Part shown: positions 21,137-32,437 of the stretch, one piece after another
Position numbering within the stretch: position 1 is the first letter of the stretch
Layout: each line of letters opens with the position of its first letter
Source of the DNA: Ilumatobacteraceae bacterium
GTDB lineage: Bacteria > Actinomycetota > Acidimicrobiia > Acidimicrobiales > Ilumatobacteraceae
Direction: 5' to 3'
Assembly: GCA_963747375.1 (NCBI GenBank)
Contig: CAVVFL010000016.1
Coordinates: 75,136 to 139,135, forward strand
Length of the DNA: 64,000 bases
Position numbers and translations under genes: made by a program
Notes under the pieces: model-generated
Database searches by the model: none
What the model was told of the DNA's origin: nothing
What the model saw: only the letters and a program-made list of their open reading frames with translations

Positions 21137-21925
21137 TGAGCAGCATCGAGTTCCGCAGCGTGACGGTGTCGTACGGCACGCGCGTCGCGGTCGAGGCGTT
21201 CACCGACCGGGTCGAGTCGGGGGAGTGGGTCGGGGTGATCGGGCCGAACGGTGCGGGCAAGTCGTCGTTGCTGCGCGCCGCCGCAGGGCTCGTGGCCTCG
21301 ACGGGGACGATCAGCGTCGATGGGGATGTGCTCGCCACGATGGCCGACCGTGAGCGGGCGAGCCGCGTGGCGTACGTGGCGCAGAACCCGCTGATCCCCG
21401 ACGACATGACCGCGTTCGACTACGTCCTGCTCGGGCGCACCCCGTACGTCGGCTACTTCGGAACCGAGTCGGTCGCACGACCGGGAGGTCGTCGCGGACG
21501 TGGTCGATCGGCTGCGCCTCGGCGAGTTCGCGAACCGGCTGTTGGGAACGATGAGCGGCGGCGAACGCCAGCGGGTCGTTCTCGCACGCGCCCTCGCGCA
21601 GGAGGCGCCGGTGCTGTTGCTCGACGAGCCGACGTCGGCGCTCGACATCGGGCATCAGCAACAGGCAATGGAACTCGTGACCGAGATGCGTGAGCAGCAG
21701 GCGATCACGGTGGTGTCGGCCATGCACGATCTGACGCTGGCCGGCACCTACACCGATCGCCTCGTTCTGCTCGACGCCGGCTCGGTGGCCGCACGTGGTG
21801 ACGCCGCGGAGGTGCTGACCGCCGAGCGTCTCGGTGAGGTGTTCCACGTGTGCGTCACCGTCGATGTCGACCCCGACGACGGCACCGTCGTCGTCGTTCC
21901 CCGCCGCGGCTTCCCCGCCCGCTGA
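21136..21925 (+). CDS. ABC transporter ATP-binding protein (BtuD/FepC type); frame broken once near 21473
   Basis: An ATGA overlap joins it to the permease. Walker A is GPNGAGKSSLL. The signature and Walker B (MSGGERQRVVLARALAQEAPVLLLDEPTSALD) are in ORF 21500..21925. Confidence 0.85.
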
Positions 21926-22047
21926 CCCACCCTCGCCCAGCGCCCACATCGGTTTGTGTGACACTCCGGTTGGGCCGTCCCAACAGAACTGCAACGCAAA
22001 CCCGAAAGGGGCGGGAAAGGGGCAGGGGAGGGGAGGACAGGTGGGGA
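21926..22047. repeat. Palindromic intergenic repeat, family 1, copy b (degenerate)
   Basis: The core (21952-22002) is GTTTGTGTGACactccGGTTGGGccgtCCCAACagaactGCAACGCAAACC. The 5' flank is C-rich and the 3' flank is strongly G-rich (GGGGCGGGAAAGGGGCAGGGGAGGGGAGG). Confidence 0.7.
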
Positions 22048-22061
22048 TCTACGATTGGGGC

Positions 22062-22856
22062 ATGAGTGAGTCGCCGTATCCGACGTTTCCCGGGGTGGAC
22101 GCGTTCGACGCCGTCAGAACGCCCGAGGCCGAGCGGGCGCACCGCAAGCGAATGTGTGCACTCGGCTATCGGATCTTCGGCGCCATGCGGTGGGGGCAAC
22201 TCGGCGACGGCCACATCTCCGCCCGTGATCCGATCCTGACCGACCACTTCTGGCTGCTCGACTGGGGCATCCCGTTCGGCAAGGCGACCGTCGACGGTCT
22301 CGTCCTCGTGGGGCCCGACGGCAAGGTGATGGATGCCGATGGCAAACCGACCGGGGCCGTCAACACCGCCGGCTACAACATCCACGCACCGGTCCTCGCG
22401 GCACGACCCGATGCGGTCAGCGCCGCGCACACCCACACCGCGTTCGGCACGCCGTGGTCTGCGAACGTCCAACCGTTCCGGGCGATCAGCCAGGAGTCGT
22501 GTGCGTTCGTGTTCGACCAGGCGCTGTTCGACGACGAGGAGGTCGAGGTGTTGTCGTACGACGGCGGCAAGCGCATCGCCGCCGCGCTCGGCGGCAACAA
22601 GCTGTGCATCCTGCGCAACCACGGATTGCTCACCGCCGGCGGATCGGTCGAGGAAGCCGTCGGCTGGTTCGTGATGGCCGAGCGGGTGGCCGAGGTGCAC
22701 GTGAAGGCACCGAACGGCATCGCGATCTCCGACGCGTCCGCGGCGATCGCCGCCGAGACCTTGGCGCCACCCTCGACGGGCTGGCGGCTGTTCCAGTGGC
22801 TACTGCGCAGCGTCGTCGACGACCCCAGCGTCGTGGATCCGGTGGTCGTGGACTGA
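22062..22856 (+). CDS. Class II aldolase/adducin-domain protein
   Basis: ATG at 22062, intact 264 aa. Contains GHISARDP...NTAGYNIHAPVLAARPD...AAHTHT...ILRNHGLLTAG. Confidence 0.75.
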   Translation: MSESPYPTFPGVDAFDAVRTPEAERAHRKRMCALGYRIFGAMRWGQLGDGHISARDPILTDHFWLLDWGIPFGKATVDGLVLVGPDGKVMDADGKPTGAVNTAGYNIHAPVLAARPDAVSAAHTHTAFGTPWSANVQPFRAISQESCAFVFDQALFDDEEVEVLSYDGGKRIAAALGGNKLCILRNHGLLTAGGSVEEAVGWFVMAERVAEVHVKAPNGIAISDASAAIAAETLAPPSTGWRLFQWLLRSVVDDPSVVDPVVVD

Positions 22857-24023
22857 GTTGTCCCCGGTCCCTCTCGGGCGAACCTTCGATCCTGAGGTGC
22901 TCGAAGACGAGCGTCGCCAGCAGGATCACGTCGATGCTCACCAGCAGGATCACACCGTCGATGTCGGAGCCGAAGAACATCAGCAGGCAGATCGCGACGA
23001 CGGCGGCGAATCGCTCCCTGGCGAACACACCGAACGCGCGGTACACGCCGATGCCCACGCCGCCGAAGTACAGCACGATGCCGGCGGCGCCCATCGGCGC
23101 GGAAGGCGGCCTCGAGTGGATCGCTCGGATGGAGCGCCATCTCCTCCATCGCCACGGCCGACAGGATGACTCCGGCGACGATCGGGGCGTGGGCGTAGGT
23201 GTAGACATCGCGTGCGAAGCGCCCACGCTCGATCGCTGCGGTTTCTTCGGCCCGGTGCTCGAACGCAGGTTGCACTCTGATCGAAGTACGCCCACCACAG
23301 CAGCCCGGCGAACACACCTGCGGCCACCAGCGCGAGCACGGATCCCGCGGGGAGTCCGCCCTCGTTCCTTCAGGGGGATCGCCACCGAGTTCCCGAGTGC
23401 CACGATCACCTCGCCGAGCGCCACGATGATGATCAGCGCGTGTCGTTCGGCGAAGTGGCCGGCGCGAATGATCCACTCGCTGCCACCCGCCCGAATCGTC
23501 GAGTAGACGAAGATCACGATGCCGAGGATCCACGCAGCCGTGCGGGCGTCACCGTCGAGGAAGCCGCCGATCACGATGATCGCCATCGCCACCAGGTTCG
23601 GTGCGCCGTACCGCACGACTCGATCGGTAGACCTCGGAGTCGCTGTCGACGCCCACCACCATCAGCGCCAGCGCCGTCAGGAAGATGATCGCGAGCGGGA
23701 TCGCAAAGAGGGCGCCGCTCTGGTCGAAGGCGGTGGTCACGGACGCCGCCATCGGCACGCTCGCAGCCGTCGCGACGAGGAACAGCAGCCGGACGGTACG
23801 GGAGTTGCCGGGCACGGCGTTCGCCGACCATGCGAACTGCGACCATGGCAGCCACAGCAACAGGAAGATCAGTGTCGACTTGCCGACGGTGTTCCACGTC
23901 GGGTCGTTCGAGGAGCAACCCGACGATCTGGGAGAACGCGAAGACGAATGCCAGGTCGAAGAACAGTTCGACCGGATCGGCGGTGAAGTCCTCGGTCGCT
24001 TCGGGAACCACGAGACCGCGCAT
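22800..24023 (-). pseudogene. LtrA (low-temperature-requirement A)-like membrane protein, split by at least five frame breaks (near 23900, 23620, 23366, 23283, 23100); 3' end uncertain
   Basis: Fragments that read in order across rotating frames: MRGLVVPEATEDFTADPVELFFDLAFVFAFSQIVGLL / LWLPWSQFAWSANAV...FLVATAASVP / VRYGAPNLVAMAIIVIGGF...AGHFAERHALIIIVALGEVIVALG / GGLPAGSVLALVAAGVFAGLLWWAYFD / QPAFEHRAEETAAIERGRFARDVYTYAHAPIVAGVILSAVAMEE / APMGAAGIVLYFGGVGIGVY...LLATLVFEHL. Confidence 0.6.
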
Positions 24024-24055
24024 CGCCGAAGGATACCGTTGGGCTCGTTGAGCGG

Positions 24056-24945
24056 TCAGCCGAACACGACGACGCCGACCACGCCGACGAGCACCAGTGT
24101 GCTGGCGAGGTACTCGGCTCGGGTGTGGCGTTCGTGCAGCACTCGGGCCGAGATGATGAACGCGATCACGATCTCCACCTGGCCCGAGCGTGCGGACCTT
24201 TGCGGCGTTGGTCAGCGTGACCGCGACGGCCCAGCCGATCGATCCGCAGAGGCTGAGGATCCCGACCGGGAGCGCGAACCGCCACGCCCGCGCGACTCGG
24301 GGAAGTTCGGCACGGTCGGTCACGAACGAGCTGGGTCGAGTTGACGAGCGCCTGGATACCGAGCATCACCGTGAGGGTCAGCAGCGCCCGGTTCCACGTC
24401 GGGCCGTCGAGCGAGGTGGAGGCACCGCGGATGCCGACGGCGGCGATCGCGAATCCGGCCGCCGCGAGGACGCCCATGAGCGCAGCGGGGTCGCGGGCAT
24501 TGCCCAGGATGTCGAGGAGGCGAGTGGGCGCGGCGAGCCAGGCCACGCCGGCCATGCAGACGAACGCCGCCAGCCAGCCGAGTGGCGCAAGGGGCTCGCC
24601 GAGCGCGATCGCGCTCACGACCGCGACGAGGATGACCTCGGTCTTGGCGTAGACGGTGCCGATGGCGAAGTCGCGGAGATCGAATGCTCGGAGCAACGCC
24701 AGCGTGCCGAGGATCTGTGCGACGCCGGCACCGGCGATGATCGGCCAGAAGCGTGGCGGGATCGACGGGATCTGTTCACCGACGATGCCGAACGTGACGA
24801 ACGCAACGATCAGCGCGAGCGGAAAGCCGTACGCGTAGCGGACGAACCCGGCGCCGTTGACCGACAGCAACGAGCGCAACTGGTGCTGGCGCGACGTGCG
24901 AAGGATCTGGAACGTCGCCGCGGCGAGGGTGATGGGAATCCACAT
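24056..24945 (-). pseudogene. EamA/DMT-superfamily transporter, split by two frame breaks (near 24325 and 24150)
   Basis: MWIPITLAAATFQILRTS...GIQALVNST is in ORF 24166..24990(-). TDRAELPRVARAWRFALPVGILSLCGSIGWAVAVTLTNAAKVRTLG is in ORF 23571..24323(-). The third frame reads QVEIVIAFIISARVLHERHTRAEYLASTLVLVGVVGVVVFG* and ends at 24056. Confidence 0.7.
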
Positions 24946-24993
24946 GAGGAGGTGCGTCCTGCAACTGGGGTCTGACCCCGATCGCGGCACGGG

Positions 24994-26451
24994 TCAGGCG
25001 GGGGTGGGGTCGAACCAGTGGTCGCCGTTGAGGAGGATGTCGTCGGCGTCGGCGGGGCCCCACGAGCCCCGGAAGTAGGGCACCACGTCGCCGGGGTCGT
25101 CGAGCGCCGGTTGGACGACTCGCCACGTGCCCTCGACGATGTCCTGACGGGCGAATCGTCGCAGCGACCCGATCAGGGCGTCGCCGATCAGTCGCTCGTA
25201 GGCGTCCTGGCGCTCGCCGAGCGCCGCGGCGAAGTCGACGTCGACGTCGACCTCCTGGCTGTCGAGATCGGGCCCCGGCGTCTTCGCCTGCAGCGCGAAC
25301 GTGACGCCGTCGTTCTTGCCGAGCCGGAGGCGGATCAGGTTGCGTCCGGGCGGTGGTCCGCCCGACTCGTCGAACAGCATCCGCGGCGGCTCGCGCAGTT
25401 CCAGCACCGCCTCGGTGGCACTCTGCTTCATCGCCTTGCCGACCCTGATGTACCAGGGCACGCCGGCCCATCTCCACGAGTCGATCTCGAGGCGGACCGC
25501 GGCGAACGTCTCGACGTTCGAGTTCGCGTCGACGCCGGGCTCGTCGCGGTAGCCGACGTACTGGCCGCGCACGAGTGCGTCGGGTTCGATCGGGCGCATC
25601 GCCGTGATCACCTTGGCCTTCTCGTCCTGCAGGAAGCCGGAGTCGGCACCGGCCGGCGGTTCCATCGCCAGCAGGGACACCACCTGCAACACGTGGTTCT
25701 GCAACACGTCACGGATCGCGCCGACACCCTCGTAGAACGAACCGCGGCCCTCGACGTCGATCGTCTCCGACATCGTCACCTGAACACTGCGGACGTAGTT
25801 GCGGTTCCACACCGGCTCCAGCAGGGTGTTGGCGAAGCGGAACACGAGGAGATCCTCGACCGCTTCCTTGCCGAGGTAGTGGTCGATGCGGAAGATGTGG
25901 TCCTCCGAGAAGACCTCGTGCAGCGTCTTGTTGAGTTCGATCGCCGACTGCAGGTCGCGTCCGAACGGCTTCTCGACGACGATCCGCCCGCGCTGGTTCA
26001 GGCCGACCGAGGCGAGCTTCGTGGCGACGGTCGGGAACATCGTCGGCGGGATCGCCATGTAGAACACGGCGACCATCGAGTTGTGGCGGTCGAGCGTGGC
26101 GCGCAGTTCGTTCCAGGTGTTCTCGTCGGCGTAGTCGCCCTGCACGAGGTCGAGTCGCTCGCACAGCGAGTCGACGATCGCCGGCTCGGGGTCGTCGATG
26201 TGCTCGGCGATCGACTCGCGGGCGTGCGTGCGGAAGTCGTCGTCGGTCCAGTCACTTCGCGCGACCCCGATCACGGGTACCTGGAGAACTCCGGACCGCT
26301 CCAGCCGGTACAACGCCGGGAACAGTTTGCGAACAGCGAGGTCGCCGGTTGCGCCGAAGAGCACCAACGCATCGGCGTCGGGCTGGTTGGTCTGCATCCG
26401 GCCCGTGTCGATGTGAATCGTGGCCGTCGAGGGATCGGGCTGGTCGGTCAT
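24994..26451 (-). CDS. zwf: Glucose-6-phosphate 1-dehydrogenase
   Basis: ATG at 26451, 485 aa. Contains [37 protein letters not shown] and DVLQNHVLQ. The start overlaps the gnd stop (ATGA at 26448-26451). The Arg-rich upstream part of ORF 24994..27495 is a shadow of gnd. Confidence 0.9.
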   Translation of the reverse strand: MTDQPDPSTATIHIDTGRMQTNQPDADALVLFGATGDLAVRKLFPALYRLERSGVLQVPVIGVARSDWTDDDFRTHARESIAEHIDDPEPAIVDSLCERLDLVQGDYADENTWNELRATLDRHNSMVAVFYMAIPPTMFPTVATKLASVGLNQRGRIVVEKPFGRDLQSAIELNKTLHEVFSEDHIFRIDHYLGKEAVEDLLVFRFANTLLEPVWNRNYVRSVQVTMSETIDVEGRGSFYEGVGAIRDVLQNHVLQVVSLLAMEPPAGADSGFLQDEKAKVITAMRPIEPDALVRGQYVGYRDEPGVDANSNVETFAAVRLEIDSWRWAGVPWYIRVGKAMKQSATEAVLELREPPRMLFDESGGPPPGRNLIRLRLGKNDGVTFALQAKTPGPDLDSQEVDVDVDFAAALGERQDAYERLIGDALIGSLRRFARQDIVEGTWRVVQPALDDPGDVVPYFRGSWGPADADDILLNGDHWFDPTPA

Positions 26452-27473
26452 CGTGTGGCGTCCTTCTTCTCGACGTGGCCGCCGAATCCGGCACGCATCG
26501 CCGACAGCACCTGATCGGCGACGTCGGAGCGACCCCGCGACGTGAACCGCTGGAACAGGGCGGCCGACAGCACCGGGACCGGAACGCCTTCGTCGATCGC
26601 GGCGTTGATGGTCCAACGACCTTCGCCGGAGTCGCTCACCACGCCGGCGTAGGCGCTCAGCTCGGGGTCGGCGTGGAACGCCTCCGCGGTGAGGTCGAGC
26701 AGCCACGAGCTGATCACCGAGCCGCGGCGCCAGACCTCGGTGATGCGGGCCAGGTCGAGGTCGTACTGGTAGTACTGCGCGGCGTCGAGCGGAGCGGTCT
26801 CGGCGTCGACGGCGTGGTCGATCGCGCCGATGTCGGCCTTCGCCAGCACGTTGAGTCCCTCGGCATAGGCAGCCATGAGGCCGTACTCGATGCCGTTGTG
26901 GACCATCTTCACGAAGTGCCCGGCGCCGCTCGGCCCGCAGTGCAGCCAGCCGTGCTCCTCGGGTGCTTCGGCGTCGGTGCGCCCTGGTGTCCGCTCGGTC
27001 TCGCCGATTCCGGGGGCGAGCGTCTCGAAGATCGGCGTGAGGCGCTCGACGGCTGCATCGGGTCCGCCGATCATCAGGCAATAGCCGCGTTCGAGGCCGA
27101 ACACGCCGCCGCTGGTGCCGACGTCGAGGTAGTCGATGCCCGATGACGCAAGGGCGGCCGACCGGTCGACGTCGTGGCGGTACCACGAGTTGCCGCCGTC
27201 GATGATCGTGTCGTCGGCGTCGAGAAGGGGGGCGAGCGCGTCGACGGTCGATCCGACGAACGCGGCTGGCACCATGATCCAGATGGCTCGGGGCGGCGCG
27301 AGCGCGTCGACCAGTGCGGCGAGCGAACGAGCGCCCACGACGCCGAGTTCCGCTTCGAGGGCGGCGATCGCTGCGTCGTCGACGTCGTGGACGACGCAGT
27401 CGTGTCCGTCGCGTTGGAGCCGGCGCACCATGTTGGCGCCCATCCGGCCGAGGCCGATCATCCCGAGTTGCAT
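26448..27473 (-). CDS. gnd: 6-phosphogluconate dehydrogenase, decarboxylating (short gnd2-like form)
   Basis: ATG at 27473, 341 aa. Contains [44 protein letters not shown] and [16 protein letters not shown]. Confidence 0.9.
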   Translation of the reverse strand: MQLGMIGLGRMGANMVRRLQRDGHDCVVHDVDDAAIAALEAELGVVGARSLAALVDALAPPRAIWIMVPAAFVGSTVDALAPLLDADDTIIDGGNSWYRHDVDRSAALASSGIDYLDVGTSGGVFGLERGYCLMIGGPDAAVERLTPIFETLAPGIGETERTPGRTDAEAPEEHGWLHCGPSGAGHFVKMVHNGIEYGLMAAYAEGLNVLAKADIGAIDHAVDAETAPLDAAQYYQYDLDLARITEVWRRGSVISSWLLDLTAEAFHADPELSAYAGVVSDSGEGRWTINAAIDEGVPVPVLSAALFQRFTSRGRSDVADQVLSAMRAGFGGHVEKKDATR

Positions 27474-27515
27474 GGTCACAGACTGCCACGAACACGGCCG
27501 GTCTACGCTCGGGGA

Positions 27516-28175
27516 ATGAGCGACGACCGAGACGAAGCGGATCGCGAGCGGTGGATCGCCGTGGCCACTGACGAGCATCGGCGACTGGTCTCGGAACTGG
27601 ACGAATGTCTGGGCACCCTCGATGTGACGGCGCCCTCGTTGTTGCCGGGCTGGACGATCGGCCATGTGATCACACACGTGACGCACAGCGGCGACGGCCA
27701 CCTTCGGATGCTCGACGCAGCTGCGCTCGGTGACGTCGGCCGGCAGTATCCGGGCGGACGAGAGCAACGCAACAGCGGCATCGAGCAGGGGGCGACTCGT
27801 CCGGCAGCCGAGCAGGTGTCCGATCTGCGGCGTTCGATCGACGCGCTCGAAGCTCGCTGGGCGTCGATGCCGACGTGGGAGGGCGTGGGCACGTCGATGG
27901 CCGGTGAGGTCGCCATCGACGATCTCCCGTTCCTGCGCGTTCGCGAAGTTGCGATCCACCACGTCGATCTGGGCGTCGGGTACACGTTCGACGACCTCCC
28001 CGGCGCGTATCTCAGCGAGGAACTCCGACGGATGGAGATGCTCTGGGCGGCGCGCCAACCGATGGGCCTGACGCAGCTGCCCCCGCTCGCGTTGGAGGCT
28101 TCGCCTGCAGTTCGACTCGCCTGGCTGACGGGCCGCTCCACGATCGACGGGCTCGAGCCGGCCGGGATCTACTGA
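27516..28175 (+). CDS. DinB-fold, maleylpyruvate-isomerase-family (mycothiol-dependent type) protein
   Basis: ATG at 27516, 219 aa. Contains [20 protein letters not shown]...[10 protein letters not shown], typical of the actinobacterial mycothiol-dependent enzyme family. Confidence 0.6.
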   Translation: MSDDRDEADRERWIAVATDEHRRLVSELDECLGTLDVTAPSLLPGWTIGHVITHVTHSGDGHLRMLDAAALGDVGRQYPGGREQRNSGIEQGATRPAAEQVSDLRRSIDALEARWASMPTWEGVGTSMAGEVAIDDLPFLRVREVAIHHVDLGVGYTFDDLPGAYLSEELRRMEMLWAARQPMGLTQLPPLALEASPAVRLAWLTGRSTIDGLEPAGIY

Positions 28176-29881
28176 TCGGCACACACGCCGACGGACGGTG
28201 ACGGGGGACTGCGCCGGAGGGTGATGTCGGCGCGCTGCAGGTAGGTGCCGAGGGAGAGTGGCGCTGCCTCGTTGATGTGCTGACGGAGCTTGTCGACGAG
28301 CACGGACCGCGCATCGGGGTCATCGGTGTCGTCGATTTCCGCCAGACGCTTCGAGAGGTCGCTGGTCTGCGCCGGCGTGAGGGGAGCGAGGTCCGCTCGT
28401 CGCAGCACGTTGGGGTCGACGACAGCGACACCGACAGCGACGAGGAAGATCTGGCGGTTGTTCTGGGCGGCGAGGGATGCGCCTGCGAGGCGCTCGGGCT
28501 CGACGTCCCGCGCCAGTGTGGTCCCCCATTCGATGAGGCTCGACGCGGCTCCCCGCAGGGGCACTCCGATGCCTGACGCCAACAACCCCGCATTGGCTCC
28601 GAGGGCGATGAGTCGGCCCATCTGCCCACGCCAGGCCTCCTCTGCCGCAGCTTCCATCACCAGCTGGGCCTGCTCGCCGACTGCGGCGCGGTCGACGAGC
28701 GCGGTGAACTGTTCGATCGCATCCTTCGCGGGATGGTCGATCAGGTCGGGCCCCAGGTCGGAGATGACACGGGTGGTGTAGGCACCCAGGGCCGCGCCGA
28801 GCGCGGCCTGCGCCGGCGAGTTCCGCAACAACAGTCCGATGAGCTTGTCGAGCTCGGCGAGCGAACCGAGCGTCACATCCAGGTCCCGAGCGTCGTTGCT
28901 GACGACCACACAATCCGAACCGCCGATCGCCGGCGCCAGGGTGTCGATGTAGCTGGTCATCGACAAGGCGACACCGATCGACATGCCGTCACTCATCCCG
29001 TGCTGGAGGCGGCCGTTGGCGAGCTGGGTCAGCATTGCGAGGACCTCGTAGCCGTCGCCGAGTCGCTGTTCGTCGGCGACGATCGAGGCGCGCAGGCCGC
29101 TCGTGGCGAATGCCGTCACGGTGTCGGGATCGAGGCGGTCCCACCCCGCGACGAAACCGAGCACGGTGCCGTCCAGGAGGAGATCGAGGCACGCACCGGG
29201 ATCGTCGACGAGCGCGGCGAGCACACTCGACATCGACGTGGCGTAGTGGTCGAGGTCGGCGGTGTGTATCGGACCGTCGGGTGAGGTCATCGAGCGCACG
29301 ACGGCAGACAGGAACTCGACGGGAAACGCCGCGCGCCCGGTCAGCAGTCCGAGGAGTTGGAGATCGGGCGCGACCGCCGCCAGACGATGGGCGAACAGCG
29401 GGCTGCGAGCCACCCGGACGGCCAGTTCCGTCGCCAGGGTGTCCAGATCAGGTCGGCGGATCGTCGCAGTTGCACGATCGTCCGATTCTGCGAGCCGCTC
29501 GGCTCTGGCCGCTCCTTCGCGACGATCCATCGACATCAGGTACCCGAGGAGTTGGTCATCGGTGAGTGAGGTCAACGGATCGCCGATCTCTGGCCGCAGG
29601 AGGTCGGGCACCGCGGTGGCCGAGAGTGGCCGCCCGCCGATCCACCAGTGCACCGCATGATCGAGATCGGCGTCTGTCCACGACACCATCGCGTCACTGC
29701 GCGCGATCTGGAGAAGCGTCGGCATCCAGAGGTCCTCGAGGTTGCGTCGGGTGAGCTTGACCGCGCGCACGGCCTCGGCGGCGGCGGGATCGTCGGAGCG
29801 GATCGATCGGAGTTCCTCGATCGATGCGGCGGTGCGGTGGGAGAGAGCGCGCACACGCTGGGGGTCGTAGCCGGTGTCCAC
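28169..29881 (-). CDS. Hypothetical 570-aa protein; predicted mostly helical, no family recognised
   Basis: Intact 1.7-kb ORF with typical codon usage. GTG start with GGAG 7 nt upstream, and 11 nt after the stop of the 92-aa ORF. Its 3' end overlaps the convergent DinB-like gene by 7 nt. Confidence 0.7.
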   Translation of the reverse strand: MDTGYDPQRVRALSHRTAASIEELRSIRSDDPAAAEAVRAVKLTRRNLEDLWMPTLLQIARSDAMVSWTDADLDHAVHWWIGGRPLSATAVPDLLRPEIGDPLTSLTDDQLLGYLMSMDRREGAARAERLAESDDRATATIRRPDLDTLATELAVRVARSPLFAHRLAAVAPDLQLLGLLTGRAAFPVEFLSAVVRSMTSPDGPIHTADLDHYATSMSSVLAALVDDPGACLDLLLDGTVLGFVAGWDRLDPDTVTAFATSGLRASIVADEQRLGDGYEVLAMLTQLANGRLQHGMSDGMSIGVALSMTSYIDTLAPAIGGSDCVVVSNDARDLDVTLGSLAELDKLIGLLLRNSPAQAALGAALGAYTTRVISDLGPDLIDHPAKDAIEQFTALVDRAAVGEQAQLVMEAAAEEAWRGQMGRLIALGANAGLLASGIGVPLRGAASSLIEWGTTLARDVEPERLAGASLAAQNNRQIFLVAVGVAVVDPNVLRRADLAPLTPAQTSDLSKRLAEIDDTDDPDARSVLVDKLRQHINEAAPLSLGTYLQRADITLRRSPPSPSVGVCADQ

Positions 29882-29892
29882 GTCGTCACTCC

Positions 29893-30171
29893 TCAGCCGG
29901 CCATGGCGACCCGGGCGGCGTCGATGGCGTCGAGTTCAGCGGCCTGTTGCTCGAAACGGTGGGCGTACCAGCGCAGATCGTCGGCGGCCACATGCAGCTG
30001 GTGCTGGTTGGACGCGAGCACCGACTGGCACAGCGCCGGGCGCGGCCCGCGCCAGGTGTCGTCGCCGGCGTGACGCTCGAGGTCCATCACGGCCAACGAC
30101 TCGATCGAGTTGGCGAGCCCGCGGAGGTGGTGTGCGCGTTGGCGGAGGTGGTTTGCTCGTGCGTTCATCAC
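29893..30171 (-). CDS. Small (92-aa) helical-hairpin protein with a central W-x-G motif (WXG100-like candidate)
   Basis: W40-R41-G42 sits in DDTWRGPRP, between two predicted long helices (NHLRQRAHHLRGLANSIESL / QHQLHVAADDLRWYAHRFEQQAAELDAIDAA). Size and motif position resemble ESAT-6-type proteins. Confidence 0.5.
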   Translation of the reverse strand: MMNARANHLRQRAHHLRGLANSIESLAVMDLERHAGDDTWRGPRPALCQSVLASNQHQLHVAADDLRWYAHRFEQQAAELDAIDAARVAMAG

Positions 30172-30207
30172 CCGGCAGTGGGCAACGACACGACGTGCGG
30201 AGGAACC

Positions 30208-30835
30208 TCAGAGGTCGGCCAGCGCAACCGTGCGGTCGGCCACCACGGCGGCCTCATCGGGGTCGTGCGTGACGAGCAGGGTGGTGATCGGCCGCAGGAG
30301 CTCGGCGAGGTCGATCGCCAGGCGATCGTGGAGTTCACGGTCGAGGCCCGTCAGGGGCTCGTCGAGCAGCACGACGGCCGGCTGCGCGGCAAGGGTGCGC
30401 GCGAGTGCGACCCGCTTGGCCTCGCCGCCGGACAGTTCGGTGACGCGCCGATCGGCGAACCCGGCCAGGCCGACGCGGTCGAGCCACTCCCGTCCGACGG
30501 TGTTGCGCTCGTCCCTCGTCGCTCCCGCCAGCTTGGGTCCGAACGTGACGTTGTCGAGCGTCGACATGTGCGGGAACAGTTGGTTGTCCTGGAAGACCAT
30601 GCCGACACCTCGCCGATGCGTCGCGATGGCGGTCACGTCGATGCCGTCGACCACGACGATGCCGGCGTCGGGAGCGACGATGCCGGCGATCACGCGGCAG
30701 GAGGGTGGTCTTGCCGCTTCCCGACGGTCCCAGCAGGGCGACGGACTCGCCGCTCGCAACGTGGAGCGACACGCCGTCGAGCACCACGACATCTCCGAAT
30801 GCGACTCGAACGTCGCGCACGTCGAGTTCGCTCAT
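30208..30835 (-). CDS. thiQ: ABC transporter ATP-binding protein, short ThiQ-like form; frame broken once near 30697
   Basis: The N-terminus with Walker A (LLGPSGSGKTTLL) is in the frame of ORF 30335..32824(-). The rest (RVIAGIVAPDAG...LSGGEAKRVALARTLA...VLLDEPLTGLD) is in ORF 30208..30792(-). An ATGA overlap joins it to the permease. Confidence 0.75.
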
Positions 30836-32437
30836 GGGCCCGTCGCCGGATCGAGGCTCGATTGCGCCTGTTCGATGACGACGACCAACACCACGGTCAC
30901 GGCCGCGAGCATGGTGGCGAGCACGTACCCCTGCGCCTGCAGCGTCGTGCCCGTGCGGCCGAGCAGTTGCTCGATGGCGATCGGAAGGGTCTCGCCACCC
31001 GAACGAGAGAGGAAGCTGGTCGCCCCGAACTCGCCGAGCGAGATCGCCGCCGCGAGCGCGGCGCCGACGCCGAGCGGGCGCCACAGATAGGGCACCACGG
31101 TCGCGCGCCATGCGCGCACCGGTGGGGCTCCGAGGGTGGCGGCCGCGTCGGTCATCGCCGGGTCGACCGAGCGCAGCACCCCGACGCAGATGCGCACGAC
31201 GAACGGAATGGCGACCAGCGCATGGCCGACGGGCACCAGCCACCACGATGCCCGCCAGTCGACGGGTGCGACGTCGAACGTGATCAGCATGCCGAGACCG
31301 ATCGTGACCGCCGACGTGGCCAGTGGAAGCATGAGTCCCCCGTCGATCAGTCGGCCGTGGCGTCTGGCTCCCGTGATCGCCAGGCTGGCGACACCGCCCA
31401 CAACGACTGCGAACAGCGTCGCCCACGCCGCGTTGACGAGGGAATTCGTCATGGCGTCGACCGGGTCGATGCCGACGCGCAGCCCCGGCCGTACCTCGGT
31501 TCGGCCGAGGTTGGTCCAGGCGTTCGTCGACCAGCCATCCGGCGTCGAGAACGAGCGCACCACGAGGGCGGCGAGTGGGACGAGCGCGACGAGTGCCGTC
31601 GCCCCGACGGCGATGGCGACGAACGATCGCTCGCCGCGCGTCCGCGCGCGGCGGCGCGGGGCGATCGGGCGCAGTGCCAGCGCCCGGCTGTGCGTTCGCT
31701 GGGCGACCGTCGACCAGGTGAGGACCACGGCGAGCACGGTCAGCTGCAGGAGCGCGAGCACCGTGGCGCCGCCGATGTCGCCGAGTTGTGTGGCCCGGCG
31801 CCAGACCTCGACTTCGATCGTGCGCGTGCCCGGCGCGCCGAGAACGCGAATGACGCCGAACGAGGTGAACGAGAACAGGAACACGATGGTGGCCGCTGCG
31901 GTGATCGCCGGCCGGACGAGCGGGAGCGAGATCCGCGTGACGACGTGCCAGCGCGACGCCCCGAGCGTTGCGGCGGCGTACTCCATGTCGGTCGGCAAGG
32001 TGCTCCCACAGCGACCCGACGACTCGGACCACGACGGCCACGTTGAACGCGACGTGCGCGCCGATCACCGCCCACACCGTGCGATCGAGGGAGTCGGGGA
32101 GCAGTGCCAGGAACGCGGCCCCCATCACGACGGTGGGAAGCACGAACGTGGCCGTGAGCAGGCCGATGAGCACGCTTCGTCCGCGAAAGGCGAATCGCGC
32201 CACGACGTAGGCCGGGACCATGCCCACGACGACCGTGACCCCGGTCGACACCGCTGCTTGCCACACCGTGAACCACACGACCCGCCACGTCTGGGGCCGG
32301 CCGAGGGTGTCGACGATCGCCGTTGTGCCGAGCGCCTCGACGACCAGCGTCGTGAACGGCCAGACGTAGAAGACCGCAAGGGCCACGACGGGCACGACCG
32401 CGAGCGCCGCGACCAGCCACCGTGGCAGGCGGTTCAC
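30832..32437 (-). CDS. thiP: Double-domain ABC permease (ThiP/FbpB type, ~534 aa); frame broken once near 31997
   Basis: The N-terminal half (VNRLPRWLVAALAVV...SLWEHL) is in the frame of ORF 30335..32824(-). The C-terminal half (PTDMEYAAATLGASRWH...DAAATLGAPPVRAW...) is in ORF 30832..31998(-). Two EAA-like loops are present. A GTGA overlap joins it to thiB. Confidence 0.75.

Noticed and set aside
18655-21693. A single 1012-aa ORF spanning the riboswitch and the three transporter genes.
   Set aside because: It is an artefact. The starts of the btuF-like, btuC-like and btuD-like genes all fall in the same frame. Each gene then shifts by +1 at its own break, so stop-free stretches concatenate. 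The translation alternates between good protein sequence and Arg/Pro-rich nonsense.
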